A DNA stretch of 38,517 bases from an uncultured Bacteroidota bacterium (lineage in GTDB: Bacteria > Bacteroidota > Bacteroidia > Chitinophagales > Chitinophagaceae), in NCBI GenBank assembly GCA_903944755.1, contig CAJATB010000007.1:1-38517 (forward strand), given 5' to 3'. A program made the position numbers and the translations under genes. Shown here piece after piece: positions 37,284 to 38,517 of the stretch (its first letter is position 1; the number at the start of each line of letters is the position of its first letter). Below the pieces are notes generated by a model, which worked only from the letters and a program-made list of their open reading frames with translations, ran no database searches and had not been told where the DNA came from.

Positions 37284-37324
37284 TGCAAATGTAAGCCATT
37301 AGCGTTCAAAACCCTACATTTGCA
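37284..37324. promoter_or_regulatory. Divergent promoters for leuS (-) and ftsX (+)
   Basis: TACATTTGCA on both strands, at 37284-37293 (minus) and 37315-37324 (plus). Confidence 0.75.
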
Positions 37325-37350
37325 GAGTATACAACTAAAATTTTAACGGC

Positions 37351-38226
37351 ATGGCAGGTAACGGAACAGCATCTTTAAAACGCAGCAAACCAAACTACAT
37401 TTACAGTATCATTGGCGTGGCCATTGTACTGTTTATTATGGGTATTATGGGCTGGCTTTTCTTGAACCTCCATTCTATTGGGGATAATTTTAAAGAAGAT
37501 ATCCGAATTAGCGTTTATTTAAGAACTTCTGACAAAAATAGCATTGGTAAGATCCAACAATTTATAGCAGGGCAACCTTATACCAAAAATGTCGAATATG
37601 TAAATAAGGAAAAAGCAAAGACTATTTGGAATAAAGAAAATAATGAAGACTGGGCAAAAATATTGGACTTTAACCCTTTGCCGGAGAGTGTGGATTTTTT
37701 TGCAAAAGCCGACTACGTTACAACCGATAGTTTAGCAAACATTAGTAATGCAATTCAAACACAATTCAAGAACGAAGTTGCTGATATTCAATACCCTAAA
37801 AATTTGGTAACCAACTTGAATGAAAGAGCTACAAAACTTGGATTTATATTTTTAGTTTTATCTGTTATCCTGTGCCTGATTGTAATAATTAGTATTGATA
37901 ACACCATTCGTTTGGCCATGTTTAGCAATCGTTTTTTAATTAAGACAATGCAAATGGTAGGTGCGACAAGAAATTTTATCTCAAAACCGTTAATGGTGAG
38001 GGCTTTGATTAATGGATTAATAAGTGCACTTGTTTCAATATGTTTGCTAGTAGGATTAATACAATGGACAACTATGCAATTCCCTCAGCTCGCTTCCATT
38101 CAAACCTTTGGTAATACTATTTTGCTTTTTGGAGGACTTATTTTAATCGGAGTGGGTATATCCGTATTTAGTACCTACCGTAGTGTATTGAAATATTTAA
38201 AAATGAAACTAGACGAATTATACTAA
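37351..38226 (+). CDS. ftsX: Cell division permease-like protein
   Basis: One TM, a periplasmic domain (NPLP) and three further TMs; IDNTIRL..RFLIKTMQMVGAT..FI.KP. Confidence 0.93.
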   Translation: MAGNGTASLKRSKPNYIYSIIGVAIVLFIMGIMGWLFLNLHSIGDNFKEDIRISVYLRTSDKNSIGKIQQFIAGQPYTKNVEYVNKEKAKTIWNKENNEDWAKILDFNPLPESVDFFAKADYVTTDSLANISNAIQTQFKNEVADIQYPKNLVTNLNERATKLGFIFLVLSVILCLIVIISIDNTIRLAMFSNRFLIKTMQMVGATRNFISKPLMVRALINGLISALVSICLLVGLIQWTTMQFPQLASIQTFGNTILLFGGLILIGVGISVFSTYRSVLKYLKMKLDELY

Positions 38227-38262
38227 TTCTATCCTTATATTTAATTTATAAAATCGCAGCAC

Positions 38263-38502
38263 ATGGCTCAGAAAAATAATAAAAAATCACTTGACTTTTT
38301 TGGAAAATCAAATTACACTTGGATGCTTGTAGGTGCAGCTTTAATACTAGTTGGCATGCTTTTAATGGCAGGCGGCAAGAGCGCTGACCCAAATGTATTT
38401 AATGCAGATGAAGTATATTCCTTCAGAAGAATTACCCTTGCACCCATTTTAATTATCGCTGGTTTTTGCGTAGAGGTATTTGCGATTTTCAAAAAACACT
38501 AG
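38263..38502 (+). CDS. DUF3098-like small membrane protein
   Basis: Two TM helices, motif LMAGG...F...YSFRRITLAP, and the usual position after ftsX in Bacteroidota. Confidence 0.85.
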   Translation: MAQKNNKKSLDFFGKSNYTWMLVGAALILVGMLLMAGGKSADPNVFNADEVYSFRRITLAPILIIAGFCVEVFAIFKKH

Positions 38503-38517
38503 GCAACTTACACCTCA

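Noticed and set aside
31255-38226. ruvB without ruvA and ftsX without ftsE
   Set aside because: Split arrangements are usual in Bacteroidota, and the partners are probably elsewhere.

Overview
AT-rich, gene-dense housekeeping region of a Bacteroidota chromosome, most consistent with Chitinophagaceae. The assignment is inferred from the fused LpxC-FabZ, a T9SS-type C-terminal domain, TAnnTTTG promoter boxes and the general absence of Shine-Dalgarno sites. Gene order: mfd (3' end cut by the window edge), a lipoprotein, a secreted S8 protease, an FNR-family reductase, glyQS, a MazG-like protein, dtd, a flippase, a GAF/fRMsr protein, tRNA-Leu(TAG), tig-clpP-clpP-clpX, an unlisted 50-aa ORF, a ComEA-like protein, an MBL hydrolase, a hypothetical protein, HD-lpxD-lpxC/fabZ-lpxA-ABC ATPase, ald, tsaE, a P1B ATPase, recQ, an OmpR-family regulator, ruvB, a DPP-IV-like S9 peptidase, leuS, ftsX and a DUF3098-like protein. 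I see no mobile element, prophage, CRISPR array or defence island, and I cannot support a claim of a large new system. The best leads are small. (1) A sigma54-like promoter with an upstream pseudo-palindrome sits before two tandem, catalytically intact clpP genes, and a small ORF follows clpX. (2) A nested repeat/hairpin element lies at 8194-8296. (3) glyQS and tsaE are probably leaderless. (4) A DnaA-box match lies in the promoter of the HD/lipid A operon. (5) Several enzymes carry substituted key motifs. All calls are by eye; no searches were run.
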